From a virus (Duplodnaviria > Heunggongvirae > Uroviricota > Caudoviricetes): a DNA stretch of 50,664 bases. A program made the translations under genes and the position numbers. Shown piece after piece: positions 8,386 to 17,957 of the stretch. Every line of letters starts with the position of its first letter. Position 1 is the first letter of the stretch. Under the pieces are notes generated by a model. It saw only the letters and a list, made by a program, of their open reading frames with translations, did no database searches and was not told the DNA's origin. The stretch covers positions 138,826-189,489 of the IMG/VR virus record IMGVR_UViG_3300025162_000019; one strand, written 5' to 3'.

Positions 8386-8674
8386 TAGTCTGTACCTCAC
8401 ATTCACAATTTTCACCGCAAGTTTCACCACAATCACATTCTTTTTCTGTAAGTTCTTTATTTAACTGAATAGGATATACCCAATCAATTCTATTTGGTTT
8501 AAATGGCTCATCTACTACAATTTGAATATAAAAATAATTTTCAGATATACAAGCAGCCATAGCCTTATCTACTGTACTATAAAGACCAACTACAGCCCAA
8601 GTTACATTACCGTCTGGCGTAGAACCATATTCACCAACCAAATAAGCCTTCAACTTAAACAAATTCTTAAACAT
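8378..8674 (-). CDS. hypothetical protein (98 aa) with Cys-rich C-terminus
   Basis: AGGAG SD upstream; C-terminal ECDCGETCGENCEC. Confidence 0.7.
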   Translation of the reverse strand: MFKNLFKLKAYLVGEYGSTPDGNVTWAVVGLYSTVDKAMAACISENYFYIQIVVDEPFKPNRIDWVYPIQLNKELTEKECDCGETCGENCECEVQTNE

Positions 8675-8685
8675 TTTTATCTCCT

Positions 8686-9654
8686 TTATTTAATTTTGCT
8701 ATATACCTTATACCAATCTACAAATTCCTTTATACCATCTTCTATAGAGAACTTAGGTTCATACCCTAACTCTCTTTTAACCATTGTTAAATCTGATAAT
8801 GATTCAACTATCTCACCTTTAGGTAGATCAACATATTCTCTTTTTGCTTCAATACCAGTAGTTTTTTCTATTATATCAAGTAGTTCTTTTAGCTGAACCA
8901 TTTCACCACGACCCAAGTTATATAGTTTATAATCTATTGGCCTTTCAAATGCTAACATGAAACCATTAATAATGTCATCTATATAAGTAAAGTCCCTATA
9001 CATATTTCCATTATTATTTATTACCACTTTAGTACCATTATACACTGCTTTAACCCATTTGTAAACTACCATATCTGGACGGCCCCAAGGCCCATAAACT
9101 GTAAAAAACCTTAGCCCTGTTGTTTTTATACCGAAATTTTTATTAAAAGCGTATGCTTCCATTTCATTAAATTTCTTTGTTGCGGCGTATGTATTCAATG
9201 GGCGTTCCGTACTATCTGTTTCCTTATAAGGCGGCACTAAATCACCATAAACACTACTACTTGACGCATATACAAAGTTCTTTACATTATAATTTTTAGC
9301 AGCATTGATTATATTTGTAAACCCATAGCAGTTAGTTAAGATATATGGTTCAGGATTTGTTAAAGAATACTGAACCCCGGCATATGCTGCTAAGTTGCAT
9401 ACATAGTTGGGCTTTTCTTTCTTAAAAATCCAATCTACATTATCTCTTGATGCTATATCCATTTCATAGTTCTTAAATGATGGATTTTTTACAATCTGTT
9501 TAATCCTTTCTCTCTTTAGCATTGCATCATAATATGTATTAAAGTTATCAACACCAACAACTTTTACACCTAACTTTAATAGTTTCCTACATAAATGAAA
9601 CCCTATAAAACCAGCTGAACCTGTTACTAAAACTTTATCATCCTTTTCAAACAT
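8686..9654 (-). CDS. NAD-dependent nucleotide-sugar epimerase (UDP-glucuronate 4-epimerase-like extended SDR)
   Basis: VTGSAGFIGFH, NLAAYAGV, YASSSSVYG, YAATK, LRFFTVYGPWGRPDM, RDFTYIDDI. Confidence 0.92.
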   Translation of the reverse strand: MFEKDDKVLVTGSAGFIGFHLCRKLLKLGVKVVGVDNFNTYYDAMLKRERIKQIVKNPSFKNYEMDIASRDNVDWIFKKEKPNYVCNLAAYAGVQYSLTNPEPYILTNCYGFTNIINAAKNYNVKNFVYASSSSVYGDLVPPYKETDSTERPLNTYAATKKFNEMEAYAFNKNFGIKTTGLRFFTVYGPWGRPDMVVYKWVKAVYNGTKVVINNNGNMYRDFTYIDDIINGFMLAFERPIDYKLYNLGRGEMVQLKELLDIIEKTTGIEAKREYVDLPKGEIVESLSDLTMVKRELGYEPKFSIEDGIKEFVDWYKVYSKIK

Positions 9655-9655
9655 A

Positions 9656-10648
9656 TTATTCTCCTATAATCAACTTATCTATTAGTTTATTCATTACATT
9701 CCTTTTTAAGTTCTCAGGAAAGTCTAACTTATCTATGTACTCCAATAAAATCTCTTTATTATCTTTAACTTGTATATCTTCTAACTTTAAATCTGATGCT
9801 ATAACATTTATATTACTAAAATCTACTGTCAGTTCCATTGGATTGTGCATCTGTATCTCATCAATAAGTTTTTCATTCTCTAACTTGCCATAATCCCTAT
9901 CAAAAATTAACTTAACAACATTACCAGTTATAGTTGATGGGACTATTTTATTATCTGTAAACAACTTAACATACTTAGGTGCGTCATCATATAGTACAAA
10001 CTCTAACTTATCATTTATTAAAGTATAATAGCCTCTTACAGAACCAACATCATTAAAAGTTAAATGATATGGCGCCCCCATATATATTATATTTCCTTTT
10101 GTTGAAGGCGTATGAAAATGACCTGTCAATACAAGGTCATAATTTTCTAAATCAGTATACTCTAAATTAGCTCCCTTAAATGGTGTGCTACCAGCTATGT
10201 TAAAACCATTTATTTCAAGATGCCCAAACAGATATTTATACTCACTACTTTTTATATATGCTGGATTGTATAACCAAGGAGCTAATAGAGAATCATCCAG
10301 TTCTGTTGTTGAATCTATTATTTTAACATTATCAAACAGTTCAAAGAACATTAAACTATGAATCTTAGAACTATCTTTATAATATATATCATGATTTCCT
10401 AATACAATAATCAGCTCTAGTCCGGCATCTTCAATCATATCAAGTATTTCATATGATATAGCTAAAGTTAAAATGTTTATCTGCTTTCTTGTATCGTGCC
10501 AATCGCCTAAATGTAGGATTGTTTTTACATTCTTTCGTACACAAGTATCAATAACATTCTTAAAAAAGTTGAAGGTAACATTATGCCATATATCAGAAAA
10601 CTTATGTGACCCTAAATGAGTATCTGTGATTATTACACAATCCCTCAT
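9656..10648 (-). CDS. gp47: gp47 recombination endonuclease nuclease subunit (Mre11/SbcD-like)
   Basis: ITDTHLG, LGDWHD, GNHD, GHLE, GHFH calcineurin-like phosphoesterase motifs. Confidence 0.95.
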   Translation of the reverse strand: MRDCVIITDTHLGSHKFSDIWHNVTFNFFKNVIDTCVRKNVKTILHLGDWHDTRKQINILTLAISYEILDMIEDAGLELIIVLGNHDIYYKDSSKIHSLMFFELFDNVKIIDSTTELDDSLLAPWLYNPAYIKSSEYKYLFGHLEINGFNIAGSTPFKGANLEYTDLENYDLVLTGHFHTPSTKGNIIYMGAPYHLTFNDVGSVRGYYTLINDKLEFVLYDDAPKYVKLFTDNKIVPSTITGNVVKLIFDRDYGKLENEKLIDEIQMHNPMELTVDFSNINVIASDLKLEDIQVKDNKEILLEYIDKLDFPENLKRNVMNKLIDKLIIGE

Positions 10649-11160
10649 TTTTTATAATCATCCTCATCATATATATGGCTATCATGTATCTGAGTGCATA
10701 TTTCTTGAACTGTTTCAATATGATTTTCTTTTTCATCTTTATCAATATACTTTAATATATCTTCATAGTTAAATGATTTTTGAACATAAGATGCTTCATT
10801 TGTCATTATAGATTCATTATATCCCTTATAACAAAGGTCTTTTATTACACCATGTTTATTTTGTTCTTTAATATAAAGTTTGAATGAATTGTTATAGATT
10901 TGTGTTATGTATGCGAATGCATTTGTAGATTTTTCAGGATCGAAATTTTTTAGATATTTAAGGCAAGTCAATATGGCTTCAGATACCATATCTCGTCTCC
11001 AAGTATAACTAGAAAAATTGCCTTTAGATGAAAAGTTCTCAGCAACCATTAAGAGCATTGATCCTAAGTTTTCAGATGCCCTACCTGTTTCTCTATATAA
11101 TATTACCTCTTTAAGTAATTCATCATTACTTATATAATACTTACCTCTTTTACGACTCAA
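10645..11160 (-). CDS. gp55: gp55 late-transcription sigma factor
   Basis: YISNDELL...NFSSYTWRRDMVSEAILTCLKY..NFDPEKSTNAFAYITQI; directly upstream of gp47 as in T4-like phages. Confidence 0.92.
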   Translation of the reverse strand: MSRKRGKYYISNDELLKEVILYRETGRASENLGSMLLMVAENFSSKGNFSSYTWRRDMVSEAILTCLKYLKNFDPEKSTNAFAYITQIYNNSFKLYIKEQNKHGVIKDLCYKGYNESIMTNEASYVQKSFNYEDILKYIDKDEKENHIETVQEICTQIHDSHIYDEDDYKK

Positions 11161-11181
11161 TTTAACCCACCTTTACATTTT

Positions 11182-11189
11182 TATTTATA
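11182..11189 (-). promoter_or_regulatory. T4-type late promoter TATAAATA upstream of gp55
   Basis: Exact consensus in intergenic position; the 8-mer also occurs by chance in AT-rich DNA. Confidence 0.45.
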
Positions 11190-11217
11190 TTTTAACAGAG
11201 TATGGGGTAATTGTAAA

Positions 11218-11568
11218 CTAATTTTTTATATTTTTTTCAATCTCATTTTTTATTTTAGCAAACATATCATTTGCTTCAAAATAATTCATTTTAATTTTTG
11301 TTATCAATCGTTCATTAATTTTTATATCACTTAACTCACAACCTTCGCTTAAACAGAAATCAAACTTATACTTACCGCCATATATAGTTTTTAACTCTTT
11401 ATTTAAGTCATCTATAATGATTTGAGAATCAATATTATACTTTTCATTAATATAAGATATAATTTCATCATACCTAGTTTTAGTATCAACTAGCTTGATA
11501 CTTAATGCTCTAAAAATATTTGTGTTCTCATCAAAACCGGAGTATGATAAATAGTTTAGTAATCTCAT
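11218..11568 (-). CDS. hypothetical protein (116 aa)
   Basis: Packed ORF on the coding strand; no motif. Confidence 0.7.
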   Translation of the reverse strand: MRLLNYLSYSGFDENTNIFRALSIKLVDTKTRYDEIISYINEKYNIDSQIIIDDLNKELKTIYGGKYKFDFCLSEGCELSDIKINERLITKIKMNYFEANDMFAKIKNEIEKNIKN

Positions 11569-11572
11569 TTTA

Positions 11573-12244
11573 TTATCCTATAAGAGTAATATGCGTATCG
11601 TCATCGCTTATCCTGCAATAAATTAAATTATTTCCATCAAGGGATTGTAAATATGTAGTGCAACCACCAGATAAAACATCTGTTTCTGTTGTCCAGCTAC
11701 CATCAATACTAACATATGACGTATATACTGGATAATTGTTATTCAAATTATGCTGAAGTGTGCATTTATATATACCATCTTCGTCCAATGTAAGTTTCAA
11801 TGTTTCAGTTGATATAGTTGAGCCCACTAAAGCCTTATATACACCGGCCTTAGATTCCCACCTATATGCCAACTCATTACTAATCATTTTATTTTTTGCT
11901 AAATCAGTACCAGAGTTATCTGTTTCATCCACTTCAGCTGATGGAACTATAATATCAACATAATCAACCGTTCCTTCATCTATAACACCAGCTTTAGACC
12001 ATTTTATCTTAAACTTTCCACTTGCATATCCATTTGTTTCAGATGAATCAGCTATCCAAAATTCAAAATAACCATTCTCATCTGTTGAAATTTGCGGTAA
12101 TGTATTTGTTGCCGAACCGCCATTTTCTGATGTATATACATATGCGGCAGTTGAAGAATTTGCAACATATACTGATATATCAACTCCATTTATAGGTTGC
12201 CCTTCTTCATTACTGATATATTCCCAATGATGCGCACGAGCCAT
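11573..12244 (-). CDS. putative virion structural (baseplate-associated) protein
   Basis: GGAG SD; N-terminal GQPINGVDISVY...STDENGYFEFW beta-rich module; C-terminal LQHNLNNNYPV repeat shared with the upstream gp7-like protein. Confidence 0.55.
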   Translation of the reverse strand: MARAHHWEYISNEEGQPINGVDISVYVANSSTAAYVYTSENGGSATNTLPQISTDENGYFEFWIADSSETNGYASGKFKIKWSKAGVIDEGTVDYVDIIVPSAEVDETDNSGTDLAKNKMISNELAYRWESKAGVYKALVGSTISTETLKLTLDEDGIYKCTLQHNLNNNYPVYTSYVSIDGSWTTETDVLSGGCTTYLQSLDGNNLIYCRISDDDTHITLIG

Positions 12245-12258
12245 AATGTAATCTCCTT

Positions 12259-15180
12259 TTATCTCATATCTTTCTTAACACGATACCATATTGTAAATGT
12301 AACATTATCAGGTTTAAATATTAAATCGCAATAAGTGTAAAATACTATATTATTATTTATATCAAACAGACCAATTTCATAAATGTTCATATCTCTATCA
12401 TCATCGACATTTATTTCAAAATAGAAAAATTCATTATCACTCTTTCTTCTTACTATAGGATACTGCCCATATGATTTTTCCATACCATGATTACTTTCTG
12501 GATTCCATTTTCTACCAGATGTACCATATCCAACTTCAGCATAAGTCACATTATTAATAATACCTGTCATATCTGTTGGAGAAATACCTATCTTTCGTAT
12601 AATAGCCGTTCCTGTTATTGAAGAGCCAAAAACAACAGTACATGAATTTGCATTATCAATAGTAAAAGTTTTTGGATAAACTATATAACCATCTTCATCA
12701 TAAAACTGTGCTTGTATAGCATTAGCATTCAGTCCATGATATATATTCCATGTAGTTGAAGCACTATCTCTTACATATCGTGACAAATCGGTATCAAATC
12801 TTGTTGCTGTATATGCAAAACCAGAATCGGAATATGCTAAATTTACTAAATATTCGGTTTGACTATCAGCAACTATTGATAAGGGTAAGAACTTGAATCT
12901 ATCAACATCATCTGTCTGAACAATATTCCATTTCTCAGCATCGCCATCAAAATTTAATCCATGTGTAACTGTCCATTGAATAGCATCAGATGCTTGTTCT
13001 AATGTAAATTCCGATACAGTTAAATAAGCAAATCCAGCAGTAGGTGTCGCAAATGTTATTTTAATTCTGTTTGCATCAATATTCTCAATAGATTTAGGTT
13101 CAAACATAACTTGCCCTAAAGTAAAACATTGTGTAATAATATTAGTTGAATTTAAATCATGTTTTATAATCCATGCTAACGAATTTGAGAATGACGCATA
13201 TACTAAGTTACCTTCTATACTACTCAATATAGGCTGATAACATTTAGAATACATTGCAGCTGCATAGTTTCCTGTATATAGAGGTATATTTTTTCCTGTA
13301 AAGTCTGTAATAGGTGCAATCAATTCATAATAATGTGAAAATCTACTAACTGGCCTAAACTTTTCAAAGTTACTTATAAGAATAGTTATTAAATCTTCAT
13401 TGATAATAAAATTTGTACCTAATGGCTCTCGGCTCAAATCCATTTCAACTTTATAATGAGGTGATAAGCACAAACCGCCACTTACTTCTTTTGAATATGT
13501 GGGATACTCAATAATCTCAGTATTATCAAAAACTATAGCATTACCAGATGCTTCATAACTAAATGTAATTAATAAACTATTTTTATCTAAGAATGTAATC
13601 TCATCTGGTACTTCAACCATATCATCAACTACAACTTGAACAATGGGATATTTTGTATTTAAATCATGTTCAACAATCCAAGACGATGAGGCTGCTGAGG
13701 TCGAATATGTATATAATTGATTATCAATACCTATTACAGCTGAGCCATCAATAGGATTATCAAAATAAACAGATAAATTATTTATATCATCAAAAATTAT
13801 CCTATTAGGTACGATAGAATAATCAGTACTCGAAACTTGCGCCATAGGATATTTGACACCTAAATTATGATTTATATGCCAAGTTGCTAAAGGTGTTCTC
13901 TGATCGAATTGATACCTATATGCGTTATTATCAGTTGTCATTGTAACTACTTTACCTGTTACAGCAGTATCAAAAGTTGCGACTAAATTATTTGAATCTG
14001 TAAAATATATCGAATCAGGTATAATAACCTGTTCATCATTATTTATAAACTGTGTAAAAATAAACTGCTCATTATATCCGTGAGTTACTTTCCATTCGGT
14101 AGAAACATCTTCAAAATATGTTAAAGATACACCAGCATCATAATAATAACCAGCACCAGCGCCTAGTGATGGTGGCAATGTATTATAACTTGGATATGAT
14201 ATATATAAATAATCATCAAAATAATTCAGTGGGGAGCCAGAAACTTCCCAATCATGCCATCTTTCATAAATATTAAGATAATTTAATGTATTATAAGTTA
14301 AAATTTTCCATATAATAAACAAAGAAGTATAAGTTCCCTTTCTCTTTAAGAAGTCAGGCAACTTACTCACATATTCTCTTTGTTCCTTTTCTGTAATTCG
14401 TTCTAATAAATTAACATCATACATATTAGAAATATAATATAGATAATCAAAATCAACTTCTGCTGGATCGGATAATGTCCATATATTCTTTAATAAGTTA
14501 TAGTTCTTACTGAAAACCCTATCAAAATATAGCTCTAAAAATCTAGCCATTAACATATTATACACATCATACTTATAACCATTTGCTGTGTCTATTACCA
14601 CTTTGGACTTATCACTACCTCTATTATTATAAGGCAAGGCATTAACGACAAAATCCTTAAAAGTATCTATAATAATATCAATTCTATTAGTTGCTGATAT
14701 ATATAACTTGCCAATATAATAGTATAACTTATTTGTATTTAAGTAATCAGTATAATCTGTATTGCTATCAATATAATCATTAAACTGGCGGTCTTTCTTA
14801 AAATAAACTTCACAACCATTATTGTCTATCAAATCTTCAATAGTTAGTTCGCAAAATCTATATGCATCACTCTCGTAGTTGAAACTAAATATATTACCTA
14901 TTGGTGTTCCACTTATAGGTGTTGCTTTTATTCTATAATATGTTCCTTCCACTTTAACATACAACTCAACACCAAAACCATATTTTGCAATGATGCCCGA
15001 CTTAGCACCTCTAAGTGAAACAGAAGAAGGATAATGATAGTTATGAGGTACTATTCTATTTCTTATTATAGTTGATGGTATATTAGTATCTAAACTAGTA
15101 AGATTTTTATGTATATCATTATCTTCATCTGTAAAATAGTTACTTAATATAAAATAAGGTGTATCAGAAAATTTTGCCAT
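12259..15180 (-). CDS. large baseplate wedge protein (gp7-like) with multiple W-x-I-x-H-N-L repeats
   Basis: Follows gp6; LSDPAEVDFDYLYYISNMY...QREYVSKLPDFLKRKGT resembles the gp7/P2 gpI module; about 7 repeats such as TWHINHNLGVKYPMAQV, SWIVEHDLNTKYPIVQV. Confidence 0.65.
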   Translation of the reverse strand: MAKFSDTPYFILSNYFTDEDNDIHKNLTSLDTNIPSTIIRNRIVPHNYHYPSSVSLRGAKSGIIAKYGFGVELYVKVEGTYYRIKATPISGTPIGNIFSFNYESDAYRFCELTIEDLIDNNGCEVYFKKDRQFNDYIDSNTDYTDYLNTNKLYYYIGKLYISATNRIDIIIDTFKDFVVNALPYNNRGSDKSKVVIDTANGYKYDVYNMLMARFLELYFDRVFSKNYNLLKNIWTLSDPAEVDFDYLYYISNMYDVNLLERITEKEQREYVSKLPDFLKRKGTYTSLFIIWKILTYNTLNYLNIYERWHDWEVSGSPLNYFDDYLYISYPSYNTLPPSLGAGAGYYYDAGVSLTYFEDVSTEWKVTHGYNEQFIFTQFINNDEQVIIPDSIYFTDSNNLVATFDTAVTGKVVTMTTDNNAYRYQFDQRTPLATWHINHNLGVKYPMAQVSSTDYSIVPNRIIFDDINNLSVYFDNPIDGSAVIGIDNQLYTYSTSAASSSWIVEHDLNTKYPIVQVVVDDMVEVPDEITFLDKNSLLITFSYEASGNAIVFDNTEIIEYPTYSKEVSGGLCLSPHYKVEMDLSREPLGTNFIINEDLITILISNFEKFRPVSRFSHYYELIAPITDFTGKNIPLYTGNYAAAMYSKCYQPILSSIEGNLVYASFSNSLAWIIKHDLNSTNIITQCFTLGQVMFEPKSIENIDANRIKITFATPTAGFAYLTVSEFTLEQASDAIQWTVTHGLNFDGDAEKWNIVQTDDVDRFKFLPLSIVADSQTEYLVNLAYSDSGFAYTATRFDTDLSRYVRDSASTTWNIYHGLNANAIQAQFYDEDGYIVYPKTFTIDNANSCTVVFGSSITGTAIIRKIGISPTDMTGIINNVTYAEVGYGTSGRKWNPESNHGMEKSYGQYPIVRRKSDNEFFYFEINVDDDRDMNIYEIGLFDINNNIVFYTYCDLIFKPDNVTFTIWYRVKKDMR

Positions 15181-17936
15181 TATCCTTCCTCTGTAAATGT
15201 GCAGTTATCTATTAGAACTTGCGGAAATTGATTATTACCCAACTCTATATCTCTAAGTTTATTATATCCATTATGAGTTATCTTATCTACAGTATATTTA
15301 GGAAAACCAATAAAGTTTCTTAAAACCATACCAAAACAATCACCTGCCTGAACATCAGTCACACCGTAATCTATGATTTTTACGGGATCAAATATATCAT
15401 CATTACTATTATTACCTAGTTGCCCGTAAGCATTCCAACCCCATGACCAAACAGCACCTTCAGTATCAAGGCCAAAAAAACTAACACTATTACTACAAAC
15501 TGCAACATTTGTAAAACTAACATCCATAACTGTTGCAACCGGACTTAATGTTGGTGGAGCCATAATATCAATATCCATACCCCAAGTATATACATTATCT
15601 TCCGATATACCAATAGAACATCCCAATCCGCAAGCTACATCCTTAAAACTTAAAGTTGATAGAACAGCAACTGGACTTGAACGACTATTTGTAGTACCAT
15701 CGCCTAACTGACCTTTATCATTATAACCCCACGCCCAAAGTGAACCATCTGAACTACGAATACCTATAATATGATCCATGCCAACAGATATTTTACTGAA
15801 TTGTATTCCGCCTAAAATCAAAGATGGTATTGAAGTATCAATATTTGTAAAATTAGCTAGCTGACCATAATTATTAGCACCCCATGCCCAAACTTCTCCA
15901 TTATTATCAAGTCCATATGAAGATGTATAACCAGCTATGACCTGAACCAAACTTGCACTACATGATACTAATACAGGGCTTGAACAACTATTACCACTTG
16001 TATTATTTCCAAACTGTCCATATGTATTATCACCCCACGCCCATAGCGAACTATCTGAACCATTAATACCTAAACTATGCATACCGCCAACAGAAATATC
16101 ACTAAAACTAATATTACCTTTTACAAAAACAGGACTTATTCTATCAATTACAGTACCATCTCCTAATTGGCCAAACATATTGTTACCCCAAGCCCATGCT
16201 GTACCATCCTCTTTTAAACCGATGGAATATACACCGAATGTTGATATTTTAGAAAAATTATCGGTATCAGCTAACAATACTGGTATAGACCTATCAGCCC
16301 AGTTTATATCATTATTGCCTAACTGCTTAGTATTATTCATACCCCATGCCCAAACAGCACCAGTAGTATTAGGTTCATATATAATATTTGCATTTACATC
16401 TCTAAACATTATATACTGAACTCCTTTTATATATGTAAAGTTATCAGTAGGCGAAACTTTACTTGTATCCATTAAATAGTCTATTATATCTGTCAACTTA
16501 ATTGTTTCATTAAAACTTCTATTAACATAGTTAAAATAGTATTCTAACTTATTCTTCACTGCTTCTTCTACTAAAGCAAAAGAATATGTACGTTTAGGCT
16601 TTATACCAATATCAAAAGAAAAATATACAAGATCAGGTACTTCATATTGTTCATAGATACATATAACCTTTCTAGGTTCAAGATACTTAGCTAAATCCGT
16701 TTTATATTCATCAGCATATAAGGTTGGAGTCAAAGAGCCATCAGCATTTGTAGTCTTATTAATCGTAGTAGTTCCCCATGTATCAGGTATAACAGAAATA
16801 TAAACTTTATTATACTCTAAAATTGAGCCAGATGGTGTCACACTTTGCTGGCCCCATGCATTTGCAGCAATAACATTATCCTTCTCTTCAAGAAACTTTA
16901 CATAATCATAAGATGTGACATCTCTAAACTGGTCATACATACTGCCAACAGAGTTTATTTTAATATCAGCAATACTTTCAGGACTTAGGCCACCTGTTGC
17001 GGAACTATGAGTAGTAATAACATAATTAGCATTATTTCCAGAGCCAGTTTCAAGATATGAAGTTTTTGTAGTGTTATAAATAAAATTAATAGGTAACTTA
17101 GTTACCACATTATTAGATACATTACCATTTTCACCCAAAGATTCTAATAAAGTTATAGAAATTGTACTATATGTTTCAGGTAAATTATTAGAACTTGAAA
17201 ACTCTACAACATAGTTTTGATACTTATTATACTTGAACATATAAATATTATCTCTGATACTTAAACCAGATATAGTATCATAGAAATTTTCAACTCTTGC
17301 CCAAGTTACGTCATCTACTTTTACTTCCATACAAGGATATACATTAGTTAAGTCATCATCATAGTCAAACTGTAAATAAGGTAAGTATATTTTATTGTCT
17401 ATCAAATCAATACCTGTAAACGTATATGTATGAACTTTACCTTGCCTTACTGGAACAGAAAAACTAAAAGGTACGGCTGTAACTTGTACTGTAGTTGTTT
17501 CAATAGTAGAAAATCGTATATTATTACCTTCAGAATCTTTAACATTCAAACCAGTATCGGGATTACATTCTATTTCAACCCAAGCAGGAATGGTAAGTGC
17601 ATCATATAAACTAATCCCTGTTGATGCGCCAAGAGTAAATGTTAAATAAGTACTTGAAGATATATAACCTTTTGGATTATAACCCCTAAGTCTTGATAAC
17701 ATATGTGTTGTTTCATATATATCAGATGAACTAAGATATTGGTTTTTTGCAACTTTATTAATATGATACATTGTAAGCATATTAATATAAGAAACCAGTT
17801 CACTTAAAATTGTTATATTGTTTCCTTCTATGTTATAATCCTTATATATTGGATTAGAACTCAATAAATCAAACAATCTCGTTCTCATTGTTTTATAATC
17901 AATATTTAAATAATCAGGTACTAATGTATTTGACAT
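15180..17936 (-). CDS. gp6: gp6-like baseplate wedge protein with inserted RCC1 beta-propeller (copy A)
   Basis: DYLNIDY..., DYNIEGNNITILSELVSY, RGYNP, ATGGLSPESIADIK, RDVTSYDY; 7 W(A/S)WG-N--GQLG repeats at about 15320-16361. Confidence 0.85.
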   Translation of the reverse strand: MSNTLVPDYLNIDYKTMRTRLFDLLSSNPIYKDYNIEGNNITILSELVSYINMLTMYHINKVAKNQYLSSSDIYETTHMLSRLRGYNPKGYISSSTYLTFTLGASTGISLYDALTIPAWVEIECNPDTGLNVKDSEGNNIRFSTIETTTVQVTAVPFSFSVPVRQGKVHTYTFTGIDLIDNKIYLPYLQFDYDDDLTNVYPCMEVKVDDVTWARVENFYDTISGLSIRDNIYMFKYNKYQNYVVEFSSSNNLPETYSTISITLLESLGENGNVSNNVVTKLPINFIYNTTKTSYLETGSGNNANYVITTHSSATGGLSPESIADIKINSVGSMYDQFRDVTSYDYVKFLEEKDNVIAANAWGQQSVTPSGSILEYNKVYISVIPDTWGTTTINKTTNADGSLTPTLYADEYKTDLAKYLEPRKVICIYEQYEVPDLVYFSFDIGIKPKRTYSFALVEEAVKNKLEYYFNYVNRSFNETIKLTDIIDYLMDTSKVSPTDNFTYIKGVQYIMFRDVNANIIYEPNTTGAVWAWGMNNTKQLGNNDINWADRSIPVLLADTDNFSKISTFGVYSIGLKEDGTAWAWGNNMFGQLGDGTVIDRISPVFVKGNISFSDISVGGMHSLGINGSDSSLWAWGDNTYGQFGNNTSGNSCSSPVLVSCSASLVQVIAGYTSSYGLDNNGEVWAWGANNYGQLANFTNIDTSIPSLILGGIQFSKISVGMDHIIGIRSSDGSLWAWGYNDKGQLGDGTTNSRSSPVAVLSTLSFKDVACGLGCSIGISEDNVYTWGMDIDIMAPPTLSPVATVMDVSFTNVAVCSNSVSFFGLDTEGAVWSWGWNAYGQLGNNSNDDIFDPVKIIDYGVTDVQAGDCFGMVLRNFIGFPKYTVDKITHNGYNKLRDIELGNNQFPQVLIDNCTFTEEG

Positions 17937-17957
17937 AGTTATCTTATTTCCTCTATA

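Noticed and set aside
8386-8436. ORF-track N-terminal extension of the metallopeptidase
   Set aside because: It overlaps the upstream gene by about 60 nt; Met 8385 gives normal stop/start coupling
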